This document shows positions 48,101 through 59,912 of a DNA stretch of 64,000 nucleotides, in pieces. A program made the translations under genes and the position numbers. The notes under the pieces were generated by a model, which saw only the letters and a program-made list of their open reading frames with translations, ran no database searches and was not told the origin of the DNA. The DNA is from Macrostomum lignano (taxonomy: Eukaryota). The stretch is from assembly GCA_002269645.1 (NCBI GenBank), contig NIVC01000080.1, positions 62,001-126,000 of the forward strand, read 5' to 3'. Each line of letters opens with the position of its first letter. The stretch's first letter is position 1.

Positions 48101-49465
48101 AGCCTAATTCATCACTTGCTCATGTGTCTCACATGCAGACACAGCTGAGTACTACTAACCACGGCTAATTCTGCTTATCTTGCAGGATGCGTCATTACGA
48201 GCGCATGCTATGGCCTCTCAAACTACTGTCTATTATTTAGGCACGCCAGTCTGTCAACCCAAAAGTAGCTCGTAGAACTCAGCCAGAAGCTCCAGCAAGC
48301 AAACTGCGAGCTGCATTGACTTGCAACAGACTACTACTATACGCATTGTGTGTAGCCGTAAATCATCCAACTCTGCGGTGTATGCAAACTCAATTTGAAC
48401 AAGCAATAGACAAGCAAAAAAACAAGGAGCAGAGATAGGCAGCAATTGAAAGAACGCACCAATTTTGTAGGTAGAGGGCGGGGTGGATGGTTAACTAGCT
48501 ATATAAGTCATGCATGAAATTCTTGTTCTAGTAAACTCGAGAACAATGTAACAGATTTGTCTACTCAAAGCGAGTTAGTGTTGTCCCTCGCCATCGCTCA
48601 CTAAGCTTATACAATGTCTGTGAAGCAGCTTGGCGACCAAAAGACTGGCAGTTGTGACTGGCAGTCACTGCATGCAACATTTATTTGGTTCGCTTAGAAT
48701 ACACACAGCTTCTCTCTATGCCTCACATTGCCTGCCCTCTCTCCAGTCTTGCCCAGCCATTCAATTCAGTTGCTGATGAGACGGCAGGTTTTCTCTCTCG
48801 AGTTTCTGAGGTTTTTTTAGCTCTAATTCTATCCCTCTCCTACTGCTTAAGTATACAAATTATGTTTTTTAGTTTCTGTAGATTACATATATGTTTCTTT
48901 TATTTTCAAGTGCATGCGCATGGCTATATAAATATTTACGCAATATAGGGGTATATCTGAGTATCTTAATACGCTCGTATAGACTGGAAGGCATTTGAAA
49001 TTGCAATAAAATATATCCTTTAAAAGGATGCCATTTTAGTCTAGATTTTTTCTCATTTGCTCTACACATTGTGAAAAGAAGTTTTTTTTAATTTGCATCT
49101 TCTGTATGCTGAATTTACAACTTACAGATAGACGCCAAGTGATACAGTTTCAATTCAAATAGAAAGCGCATAATATTGCCTTGCAACAAGTGCAGTAGCC
49201 TTACAACTCTTAGGTTTTACCAGCTTTAATCGACAGTCACTCGAAGCTATTTCATTAGCAAAGTTTAATAAGCTTGTAATAATCCTAATCTGATGCGCAT
49301 GCGGTTTTTTGTACGATTTAGAAGACTCAGCAACTAAGTGCATTTACATGTATGTTACCATTGTACGGACCTTTCTATTAACAGTTGCAAATTGAATCTT
49401 TTTAAAGTGCTCTACTCGTATACTCGTAATTTGTAACCACCTGGAAAATTTACATGCAAGGTGCT

Positions 49466-50283
49466 GTGGGAAGGGCGCTCTCCCTTGGGGAGGACACTGT
49501 CCCTGAGGAGTGGCGCTGTCCTTGGGGAAGGACACTCTCCTTGGGTAGGACACTGTCCCTGAGGAATGGCGCTGTCCTTGGGGAAGGACACTGTCCCTGA
49601 GGAGTGGCGCTGTCCTTGGGGAAGGACACTCTCCTTGGGTAGGACACTGTCCCTGAGGAATGGCGCTGTCCTTGGGGAAGGACACTGTCCCTGAGGAATG
49701 ACGCTTTCTTTGGGGGAAGGACACTGTCCCTGAAGAATGGCGCTGTCTTTGGGTAAGGACTGTCATTGAGGAGGGCGCTGTCTTTGGGTATAAGGACACT
49801 GTGAGGAAGGGCGCTGTCGTTGGGGAAGGACGCTGTCCCTGAGGAAGGGCGCTGTCGTTGGGGAAGGACGCTGTCCCTGAAGAATGGCGCTGTCTTTGGG
49901 GAAGGACACTGTCCCTGAAGAATGGCGCTGTCTTTGGGGAAGGACACTGTCCCTGAGGAATGGCGCTGTCTTTGGGTAAGGACACTGTCCCTGAGGAATG
50001 GCGCTGCCTTTGGGGGAAGGACACTGTCCCTGAGGAAGGGCGCTGTCTTTGGGTAAGGACACTGTCCCTGAGGAATGGCGCTGTCTTTGGGGGAAGGACA
50101 CTGTCCCTGAGGAATGGCGCTGTCTTTGGGTAAGGACACTGTCCCTGAGGAATGGCGCTGTCTTTGGGGGAAGGACACTGTCCCTGAGGAAGGGCGCTGT
50201 CTTTGGGGAAGGACACTGTCCCTGAAGAATGGCGCTGTCTTTGGGGAAGGACACTGTCCCTGAGGAAGGGCGCTGTCCTTGGG
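49466..50283. repeat. About 38-bp minisatellite (AGGACACTGTCCCTGAGGAATGGCGCTGTCTTTGGGGA), roughly 20 copies
   Basis: Tandem units seen directly. Each unit is a diverged dimer of about 19-bp halves. Confidence 0.96.
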
Positions 50284-51848
50284 AGTTTTGTTCTTAGGGA
50301 ATGGGAGCTGTCTTTATGGGACTGCCCTAAGTAGCATATCTGGCGTTTCAGGCTTTCCGATCCACGCGATCCCACTGCACCTGCCTATCTTTTCTAATTA
50401 CTAACGGCCTATTGAAAGGAAAACAATTCCAATAAAGACACCGTGAAACAGTAAGTCACTAGATACTAGAAATTTGAGATTTTGACTAAACTTTTGCCAG
50501 TTTGTTGCTTAAGCATGTATTGGCCTCTCAGCCAATAGGGCGCTCCTCTGCATAGAGGAGCCCTGTTCCATGCTTTGCCTAGTATTATCATGAACAGGTA
50601 AAGTTAGAATAGGTAGTCTAGCCAACCACAGCTACGCAGAAGACCCAGAAAGTAGCCCCCCCAACCTTCTCCCTCCAGTGCTTTGAACAGACAAGAGAAA
50701 ATTCTGTTCGAATATATTGAGCTTTTGCGCTCAGCCTGGTCCACAACATTGGAGAAGCAGCTTTCACTCGCGTGCTTGGTAGCTGCTAGCCATATCGTGT
50801 TTCTGCTGCCCCCTCATTACACACGCGGCAAGGTATCCGCGCTTATATCATATATTTCCCCGAGCCCTTCTTTATCCACCTGTCACAAGGTCTCTGACAT
50901 ATCAAAAAGCCGGCCTTTGTATTTTCTCTCCCTCCCTCTCCGCGGTTGGTCGTGTCGTGTTTGGCTGGATATCTTTATCCATAGCATCAAATATATATCG
51001 GAGGCACCAAACACACGGAGCATTCGACTGAGCAGGAGGGCTCAAGATTGCAATCTCTAACAAGCCCATATTATAGACTCAGTCAACTCCCCCTGCGCTG
51101 GCCTGTCAGTCAGTCGGAGCCCCACCTCGCCTCTCTGGGTTACGTAAAGAGCCACTGAGGTTTTGAGTCCCGAAAGCCTCGCTATACAGGCGGCTCCTCC
51201 AGAAGTCAAACGGAGCAACGGCAAACTGGAAACTCGAATAAGTCTCATCTGAACTCGATTTATCAACCAGTTACAAGTCAAAAAGCTTTTCGCTGCGAAG
51301 TGTTTTCATTGAAGCATCGAAACAGGGCATCTGCTTGCATTACCTCGGTAAGTACAAGTATTATTTTAGTAGTTTAGCTTGCGTTTTTAGCCAATTTTCT
51401 CGCGCATGACTAGCGAGAGGAACACGAGAGAGGGAAAGAGTCCATTGAAAGTTCCTGGGAGATGGAAATACAATAGAAAAAACCCTAGGCAGTTCTGGGG
51501 CATTGTTTGTCTCTATAGTGAAGACAAGAGTGGCAGGTTGATAAAATCAATAATTTATAGACTAACCTGGTTGATAGACAAGCTCAAAGGGATAGAATAA
51601 AATGTAAAATGTCAAGCAAATTCCGTGATGGCAGGCCTGAGCTGGTCGGCTGCTGCCAATTCTGATCTGACATCAGCGGAGAAGGCATGCAATTATAGTG
51701 GTCGGGTGGGAGCTGAATTCCCACGAATGTCCTGCATTTCCCCTATCGGCTCCCAAAAATCTAAGAGCGGGCTCTAAATACTGGGGACAAGACCTATGGT
51801 TCTCATTCGATACTCGCCAGCTCATCTGTTGCTTTGCTAGGCTTCGCC

Positions 51849-52969
51849 ATGGCCGCAGTGTCAGGATGCTCTTCTATGTTGCTTCTTCTGCTCCTAGTGG
51901 CGGCTGTTGTTGTCCCGCATCAGCCAGTTTCGGCGCAGCTGCAGAACCCTGACTACAGTGGAAAAGCTTCAGTCCGCCTGAGCACGCTGTACGACAAGAA
52001 AGACGAGCCCGTGGACAAATCCTGGCCCCCGCAGGGGGTGCGGAGTTCGCGCAAATCGACGTCACCGTCATGGGTAAAAAAGTGAGCGGTGCTGCGGTGA
52101 ACATGGAGCCGCAGATAAACCAGATGAAGCCGAGGAAGCTGCGCAAAGTGCTGGACGGCAAGCTCGATCCGAACTGGGTGTCTATCGATCGGCCGCGTCA
52201 GGCCGACGCCGCTGCGGTGGGCAATGACACCGCGTCATCGACTGTGTCTTCCCAGGAGCATCTGCAGCCGCCGCAGTCGGCGCCAGATTCAAAACTCCTG
52301 GCTCACCTAGAGAGAATTCACCTGCGAACGATGAGAGACGAGCTTGGCCAAATTGTCACATTCGACGACAAGACTGTGCGCCTGTTCAAGTCCTGGCTAA
52401 TGAAGCAAGCCGCCTGTCCGGTTGAGTACCTCTGGGAGGACCTGGGCGCGCTGTTTTGGCCGCGTTGGATCCGCCGCGGTGTCTGCAGTTCGCTGAGCAG
52501 CTGCAGCTGGCCACCCGGAATGAAGTGTCGCAAGAGCGGCCAGAAGGAGCTGAAAGTCCTGCGCTGGGTCTGCAACGACAAGGCCTCGATGGACGACGCC
52601 CAGGATCCAAGGCGCGGCTCAAGGCGTCGATCTGCTCACCGCGGCGTCAGCCGGGAAGAGCGCCGGCGTCGACGCCAGCGTCGACGAGGAAAGAGGCGCC
52701 AACGACGACCGCGCCGAGATGGACGAGCAGCGGCGGCCACTGGGGCCGGTTCAGCTGCCTCGTCGTCGAGACGCGGATCCGCCTCGGCGGGCTCTCGTCG
52801 CCTGCCTGAAGGCTGGCAGGCGCGGAAGTCACGCCGACGCGAGGGCCTGCGGGAGAGGCGACGCCGCAGGCTGATTATGCGCCTGTCCAAAACTGTTGGC
52901 GACTATTTCTGCTACTGGCGGCAGATTAACTACTACGTCACTGATCGGTGCGCCTGCATGTGCTCCTGA
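51849..52969 (+). CDS. Noggin-like (nlg-type) secreted cystine-knot protein, with a -1 frameshift at about 52034-52038
   Basis: Signal peptide from GCCATGG at 51849. Noggin motifs: KLRKVLDGKLDPNWVS, WLMKQAACPVEYLWEDLGALFWPRWIRRGVC, SCSWPPGMKC, VLRWVC and CYWRQINYYVTDRCACMC, giving all 9 C-terminal Cys. There is a 112-aa insert between C5 and C6. Confidence 0.9.
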
Positions 52970-55094
52970 ATTTGAGCTCCCATTGGGGGTTTGGGAACAG
53001 AACTAGAGTCCAGCTCGAACTTTTTGCGCTCTTTTCTTGTCATTGTGCGCTACAGACTGCAGTCTCTCCATCTGTATTGCCTAGACTCTGCATGTAAAAT
53101 TATTGCTGCCAGATCTGCTTAGTGCTTTGTACCTCGAGTGTGCTAGCTGGAGAGTCTTAGAGCCGAAGTTCTAGATAGAGAATGTTATGGGAGTAGTTCG
53201 GATAATTTCGATTATCAGTAACTAACCAAGTCATTTTAGTTCATTATACTCGTACATCTGTCTAAGTATTACACAGTCAACCATTATAAATGTCCCTTGC
53301 CTAAAATTCTAGAAATTTACCTCTACCTACTAGGAATAGGGTCAAAAGTAATACAACCAACTTTTACCCCTGCACGACCCGAACCTACAAGAACACTTGC
53401 ACTAAAGTTTGCTTGTTACTCATTTGAATTAGTTAAGTCCTAGTATTGTTGTTTTTCCTACACACGAAAACTCTTCGAAGTTTGAAGGACGTCTGTAAAT
53501 TCTTTTTAAAAACCTGCATTGCCCTTTGAGCCGAGTCATCTTGTTCGTGCATCCCCTTTTCCTGCAAGTGCATTGTTCCGTAGCGCGTCTCTGACTTACC
53601 TTCATCTGTTCTTCATATTTTGTTTTGTTTTTTGCAATCGTATCTAACTTCGTACGTTAATTTATTTTTTGACAGTCATTTTCTAACAATTCTTGGAATT
53701 GCTGCTCCTTTGCCTTCCTTTGTCAAAACCTGCTTTGGCCAGAATTTACTGCGTCTCTCCCTCTGTGCTCTCTCTCACTCCCAACCCAACTCTCCTCACC
53801 CTTCTCAGTCTCCTTTATGGCTCTAAATCTCACCTTCTACCCTCACTTACCTCTTTCCACTCTTCATTTTCGATATTTTTTTAATTTGCAAAATCATTAT
53901 CGGACCTCACTGTACATTTCCAGTTGAATAGTTGTCTGCATTATTCGACAAAATCTCTGTTCTAAATCCTTCTCTCCCGCCGTGCACGCAGGCTGTTCAG
54001 AGTCGGGGCATGAGTAGCTCTTCTCCGGACTGTATAAAACCGAAGCTGTCGTAGCTATTAGGTGATGAGGCACCGAAATTTGTTTATTAGTAATTTTAGA
54101 AATCCGTTTTATGTTCCAGCAGTATCCCCGCGAAAAAAGAATATTTTCACACAGCACATCATGTCTGTCCTGTTAATCCCGAATCCTCTGTTTTTGCAAA
54201 ACCGAGCAACATGTTTCAAGCTAATGCAGCTGTTGTAATATCAAATTTTGCCTGGTACTTACATGCCCAAGATTAACCAGTTTACTTACGGACTGTACGT
54301 AGCTATGGTTGTTGAGAATAGCTGAGCGTCGCGTACTTCGCTGGTTTCAATGGCTTGCTAATAAAATTGGTTGAACTCCTTCCGTAAGGAGCAGCGCATA
54401 CGATTGTACCATGCATAGCCGTTTCTCTCAGTTTGTCTATACCCCCTTCCTTGCACCGCTATTGGACTTCTGTACTGTTTCAAGTCACACCGAAAGTGTT
54501 CGGAAATAGCTCTGTTCACTTATTTCGTTGTTTTTATTTAATCTCCTTTTCCAAGCAGAGGTTGTCGGTTGACCCTAGAAAGAATGCAGAGAATCGGCAT
54601 GATTTTTTCGGCCCAAAAAGTGGGGGAAATTCCTGCTAAAAATAATCTGTGCATTACATATAGAAATCTGCAACAAGTTGCAGTGCTTATGTTTTACCGA
54701 GAATTTTCTCGCTAATTCATTCATTATGCTATGCAAATGTATTGCTTTCTCATTCTGACCCCGATTGACCCCGAATGCGCTACTGAAGTCGCATATTGAG
54801 CAGCGATCTGGCATTGGATTGAAATGTGCAGCTGCTTATAGAGTTGCGTGGCTACTGTCTTCCGTAGAATGACCTCGAATCAGTGTCACTATGGGCACTG
54901 ATTTCTGACATAGTTGTCAATCGCAATCGGTTTTATTTCTGATTGTGGATCATTTAGTAAACATTGCTATAACTCGTAGGCTCATTTTTAGTTAGTTAGC
55001 TGGGATCGAGGGTGTCAAGGCGACAGTCGGCCCGCAGCTTGAGAGAAGTCAGGCAGTTATGCCCATTCCATTCCGCAGAAGAGAGATCAAATAG

Positions 55095-55400
55095 GAGAGA
55101 TGAGAGATGAGAGTTGAGAGGAGAGGAGAGAAGAGGAGAGGAGAGGAGAGGAGTGGAGAGGAGAGGAGAGGAGAGGAGAAGAAAGGAGAGGAGAGGAGAG
55201 GAGAAGAAAGGAGAGGAGAGGAGAAGAGAGGAGAGGAGAGGAGAGGAGAGGAGAGGAGAGGAGAGAAGAGGAGAGGAGTGGAGAGGAGAGGAGAGGAGAA
55301 GAAAGGAGTGGAGAGGAGAGGATAGGAGAGGAGTGGAGAGAAGAGGAGAGGGAGGAGAGAGGAAAGAAAATAGAAGGGAAAGGAGATTAGAGAGAAGAGA
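55095..55400 (+). repeat. (AGAGG)n pentanucleotide microsatellite
   Basis: GAGGAGAGGAGAG... runs with GAGAA/GAGTG variants. Confidence 0.96.
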
Positions 55401-55480
55401 GCAGTTAAGTGACCCAAACCTTGAGCAGGGTGGCTATTGTAAAGTTTCAAAGGCCCCGAAAGCTGGATAGAGAGGCTTCT

Positions 55481-55522
55481 CGGGCCGCATGTGGCCCGCC
55501 GGCCGGAGTTTGCCGACCCCTA
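55481..55522. mobile_element. hAT-type terminal remnant
   Basis: CGGGCCGCATGTGGCCCGCCGGCCGGAGTTTGCCGACCCCT resembles the right end of hAT/Charlie-like MITEs. No partner TIR or TSD was found. Confidence 0.4.
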
Positions 55523-57600
55523 AAGTACAGCGACCCCGACATACTGTGCCCCGGTGGTTGGCCCTCGTGTGCAGGAATTGCACAACAAGCCCCAAGACCA
55601 AATTTCGTGCAAGGAGCCACAATTAGTGTGGTGCTTTGGGGCGAAATTCAGACGCTCTAACTGCTGAGCAACTTTGCCTCCCCACCCCAGTGATCAATCA
55701 GGTTTAGAATTGGAAACTTAGGGGGCGTCAACAACAGCTGGTAACATTTGAACCTAAGTCTTTTCAAGAAAGTGAGGTTCTCCCAGTTTACTGTATCCCA
55801 AGATTATCGATATGTCAGGGAGGTCGAGGGCTTGGGTAGTTGGAATGAAATAATGGAGTAGCCTGGCTGACAATCTTCATCAAGTCAGACTGTATCCAGC
55901 TGAATTGGGTTAATAACTTGGCCTGCCGTCAAACTGCAAGCGGTACTGAATGATTTGTTTTGTTTATACAGACGCTCTTAGGTTCGTGCCGACAAGTTGA
56001 TGGTTTACTAAATAAAATCAGACAAGGAGCAGATTATTGTGTTGTAATGCCTGGCTTTTTCTGCACGGCTTTCAGGTCAGCAGGCTTACGTAGTCTGGAT
56101 AAATAATATGACATCAAGCGAGGACTAAGACACACAGAGGCTAAGCTTATTAGTCATGCCAATGCCGGCCACTTCCTTACTCCTTTCTGGGAGCCCTGTG
56201 TTTAGCTTGAGTTTTAGACAGCTTTTCCTGTTCGATTAGGATCACTGTGCTGGCTTATCATCGCGAGGGCGCGGGTGCAGGTTTATCGCGTCAACACGAT
56301 CATTGCGTGTCCCGGATCCTTCGTTCATAGTGCAATAGAGCTGCTGTCCCCGTGACTTCATTGCGAATTCTTAAAATGCGTTTTATAACAACAAGATGCA
56401 AACGCTCGTTACGTGTCTCCTACGACCCCGATTAAAGCTGTCCAAAGAAGTCCCGCATGCGCGTCTTGGACAGTAGCCAACGCATCTAAAAGGCGTTCCA
56501 TTTGTCTCCTACTTTTACAACCCTTGCAAAATGGGAACAAAAAGATCGGTTCCGTGCTCAAGAAATGTAACTTCATTCGTCCAATGCTCTGTATACCCTA
56601 TTTATCCAAATTCCTTGTGCAGGAATACGCCTGACCTGATCAAACAGTAATTGTCAAAAGAGCACCAGCCCTTTGATCAAAAGTTGAACAAATGCATCGG
56701 AAATCAAGCAGCTTTGCGATCTGTAGTTTCTCTTTGTGGGTCCCTACATGTACGTACAAGTGAACGAGCTTGTCTTTTTCCATCATATTCTGCTCCTGCA
56801 TGCCGGAATCGTATGCAAATTTTTGCCTGTGTTGTGTTTTGATAAAAGTTTTATCGGCATTAAAAGTTGAAAAAAAGCAACTGCTATCTGACAAAAAGAT
56901 AGCTTTTCTTGCCTTCAGACGCAAGCAAACGAACGGTATTAAAGTTGGTACCGAGCTGCTCATTTGGCTTTCTCGAGCTCAGATCTACAAAGCGAAATTT
57001 GAACCAGATCGACAATTCGATCCCCCTGCTCTACTGGCCACCCGCCTGGCTCTGATCCTGGAGCATCTTTTGGGTGTGGCTCGTGGCTCAATCAACCAGC
57101 TCTTGCTCGTATCAGCTGCAGCCCCCATGAGCAGCCGCACTCACCAACCAGAGACTCGCTTCAAAGTTGCATACCGACCGTGATTTCTCATGAGACTGCG
57201 TGAGAAATTCTGACTCTTTACTTAATTAATTTCACCATCGTTGAGCTAAATTCTGGCATAGTGAAATCGCAGATCAGCTTATTAAATATTGCTGACAATC
57301 TATAGGGACTATTCCCGCTTCCACAGTATCGATTAGACAATTAATTATTCATTTACTCACTCAAATATTGTTCTCAGGTTCCCGTCTGCCACAAGACTAT
57401 CCTTGAGATTGCGAGGGTATTTCTGGACGGGAGCACAGCATTTAAGTTTCCTGTGGCCTCTAAAATGATATCTAGGAAGCGGTACAAATAGAATAAAGTT
57501 AAGGTAAGGTAAAGGTAAAACAAATTTCTTTAGAAACGAAAAAGGAAAACATATGCTGCTTGGAGGGAGAAAAGTAAAGATGGCACATAGGGCTGTTGTG

Positions 57601-58080
57601 GAGGTTTGTGATAGAGAAGGTTGTTTTGGAGAAGGTTGTGATGGAGAGGGTGGTTGTGGAGAAGGTTGTGATGGAGAGGGTTGTGATGGAGAGGGTTGTG
57701 ATGGAGAGGGTTGTGATGGAGAGGGTTGTGATGGAGAGGGTTGTGATGGAGAGAGTTGTGATGGAGAGGGTTGTGATGGAGAGGGTTGTGATGAAGAGGG
57801 TTGTGATGGAGAGGGTTGTGATGGAGAATGTTGTGATGGAGAGGGTTGTGATGGCGAGGGTTGTGATGGAGAATGTTGTGATGGAGAGGGTTGTGATGGA
57901 GAGGGTTGTGATGGCGAAGGTTGTGATGGAGAGGGTTGTGATGGAGAGGGTTGTGATGGAGAGGGTTGTGATGGAGAGGGTTGTGATGGAGAGGGTTGTG
58001 ATGGAGAGGGTTGTGATGGAGAGGGTTGTGATGGAGAGGGTTGTGATGGAGAGGGTTGTGATGGAGAGGGTTGTGATGGA
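57601..58080. repeat. 15-bp minisatellite (GAGAGGGTTGTGATG)n, about 32 copies
   Basis: Near-perfect tandem units. Confidence 0.97.
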
Positions 58081-59018
58081 AAGGGGGGAAATAATTGAAG
58101 GTGGAGTAGAAAGAGGAAATCATGCAGTGGAGGTGAGCGATTACAAAAAACGGGTTAAGATTAGAGACATAAATAAGTATATGGACTATGGTTGAAGCAG
58201 CTCAACTAAAATAATATCCTGTCCAACTCCACTGCTCCGTCTGGTTCAGTATGCTGCTGTGATCAGTAGCGAGTTTATAGTTTAAAATAGTTCGGTATGC
58301 TAACAGACATACTTCTGTCTGTAACAGATTCAAGTAGAACTGCTGGACCAACAGATCAGCCCAGCAGGCAATTTCTTCAGTTTGCCGTTTTAAAACGGCA
58401 GCCCCAATCCAGCCCAGCGCAGGAATCAGCTTCCTATAACCGCAGCGATGGAAACCGCGAGATAAGAGCCCGGGCCTTCCTCACTACAAGAGCCTCCTGC
58501 GCGGCGAATTCCGGCCTGACGTTCGGAAGGCAGCAGCCGAGCTTCGCATCGGCGATCGTAAACTTTCTGGAATCGGCATTCTTTTCCCGGAGGCGAGCCC
58601 AGCTTCATCTATCATCAATCAGAGAGTCGCATACTGCAGATGGAGACTAACCCGCCCTTTGTTTCATGCAAGCTCCATGCTGGCTCATCCCGATAAAATG
58701 TTGTTGCAGACAAAACTTACAAACGTCTGGCAGTTCAAGTTCCGTGTTCAAGTTTCAATATGACAAATAGCTGACCGAATAGAACACTGCCCTCTGTGTG
58801 GGTTGTTCTTGCATTCTCTTCTAGCATTCCTGAACTATTGTTGTTTTTCTAAGCTGAAGTATTGCATTATCCTCATTTGATATATGGATCTGACAACTGG
58901 GATTGGAAGTTTAGTTTTCATCTATTGGAAACAAAACCTATTGAAAGATCGCCATGTCAAAGTTTGCAGAGAAATTGTCTCACCAGACAGAAAAATGGCC
59001 TTCAAACCGAGACACAGA

Positions 59019-59912
59019 TACTCTAAATACAGCGACAGGTAGGCACTCAAACCGAGACAGAGGAGGTACTCTAAATACAGCCACAGGTAGCCACTCAAAC
59101 GGAGACAGAGGTACTCTAAATACAGCCACAGGTAGGCACTCAAACGTAGACAGAGGAGGTACTCTAAATACAGCCACAGGTAGGCACTCAAACGGAGACA
59201 GAGGTACTCTAAATACAGCCACAGGTAGGCACTCAAACGGAGACAGAGGAGGTACTCTAAATACAGCCACAGGTAGCCACTCAAACGGAGACAGAGGTAC
59301 TCTAAATACAGCCACAGGTAGGCACTCAAACCGAGACAGAGGAGGTACTCTAAATACAGCCACAGGTAGCCACTCAAACGGAGACAGAGGTACTCTAAAT
59401 ACAGCCACAGGTAGGCACTCAAACGTAGACAGAGGAGGTACTCTAAATACAGCGACAGGTAGGCACTCAAACGGAGACAGAGGTACTTTAAATACAGCCA
59501 CAGGTAGGCACTCAAACGGAGACAGAGGAGGTACTCTAAATACAGCCACAGGTAGCCACTCAAACGGAGACAGAGGTACTCTAAATACAGCCACAGGTAG
59601 GCACTCAAACCGAGACAGAGGAGGTACTCTAAATACAGCCACAGGTAGGCACTCAAACGTAGACAGAGGAGGTACTCTAAATACAGCCACAGGTAGACTC
59701 AAACGGAGACAGAGGTACTCTAAATACAGCGGTAGGCACTCAAACGGAGACAGAGGTAGGCACTCAAACGAGAGACTCTAGAGGTACACTCTAAAATACA
59801 GCGACAGGTAGGCACTTACTCTAAATACAGCGACAGGTAGGCACTCTTAACACAGACAGAGGTACTCTGAATACAGCGACAGGTAGGCACTCAAACGGAG
59901 ACAGAGGTACTC
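59019..59912. repeat. Minisatellite with alternating 45- and 48-bp units (93-bp higher-order repeat)
   Basis: Unit GGTACTCTAAATACAGCCACAGGTAGGCACTCAAACGGAGACAGA, with or without an extra GGA; long and short units alternate. It decays after about 59700. Confidence 0.95.

Noticed and set aside
49344-50375. 343/242/163-aa minus-strand ORFs
   Set aside because: The peptides are periodic products of the 38-bp minisatellite in all three frames.
55049-55470. ERRGE / SSPLL repeat ORFs
   Set aside because: They are translations of (AGAGG)n.
56770-57183. 137-aa plus-strand ORF
   Set aside because: No recognisable domain and no phase-compatible neighbouring exons identified. It could be an unmodelled exon but is unsupported.
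57530-58195. HHNPL, CDGEG and VVMER repeat ORFs (metal-binding-looking)
   Set aside because: The 15-bp repeat is open in several frames on both strands, with no signal peptide, splice linkage or non-repetitive flank supporting one frame.
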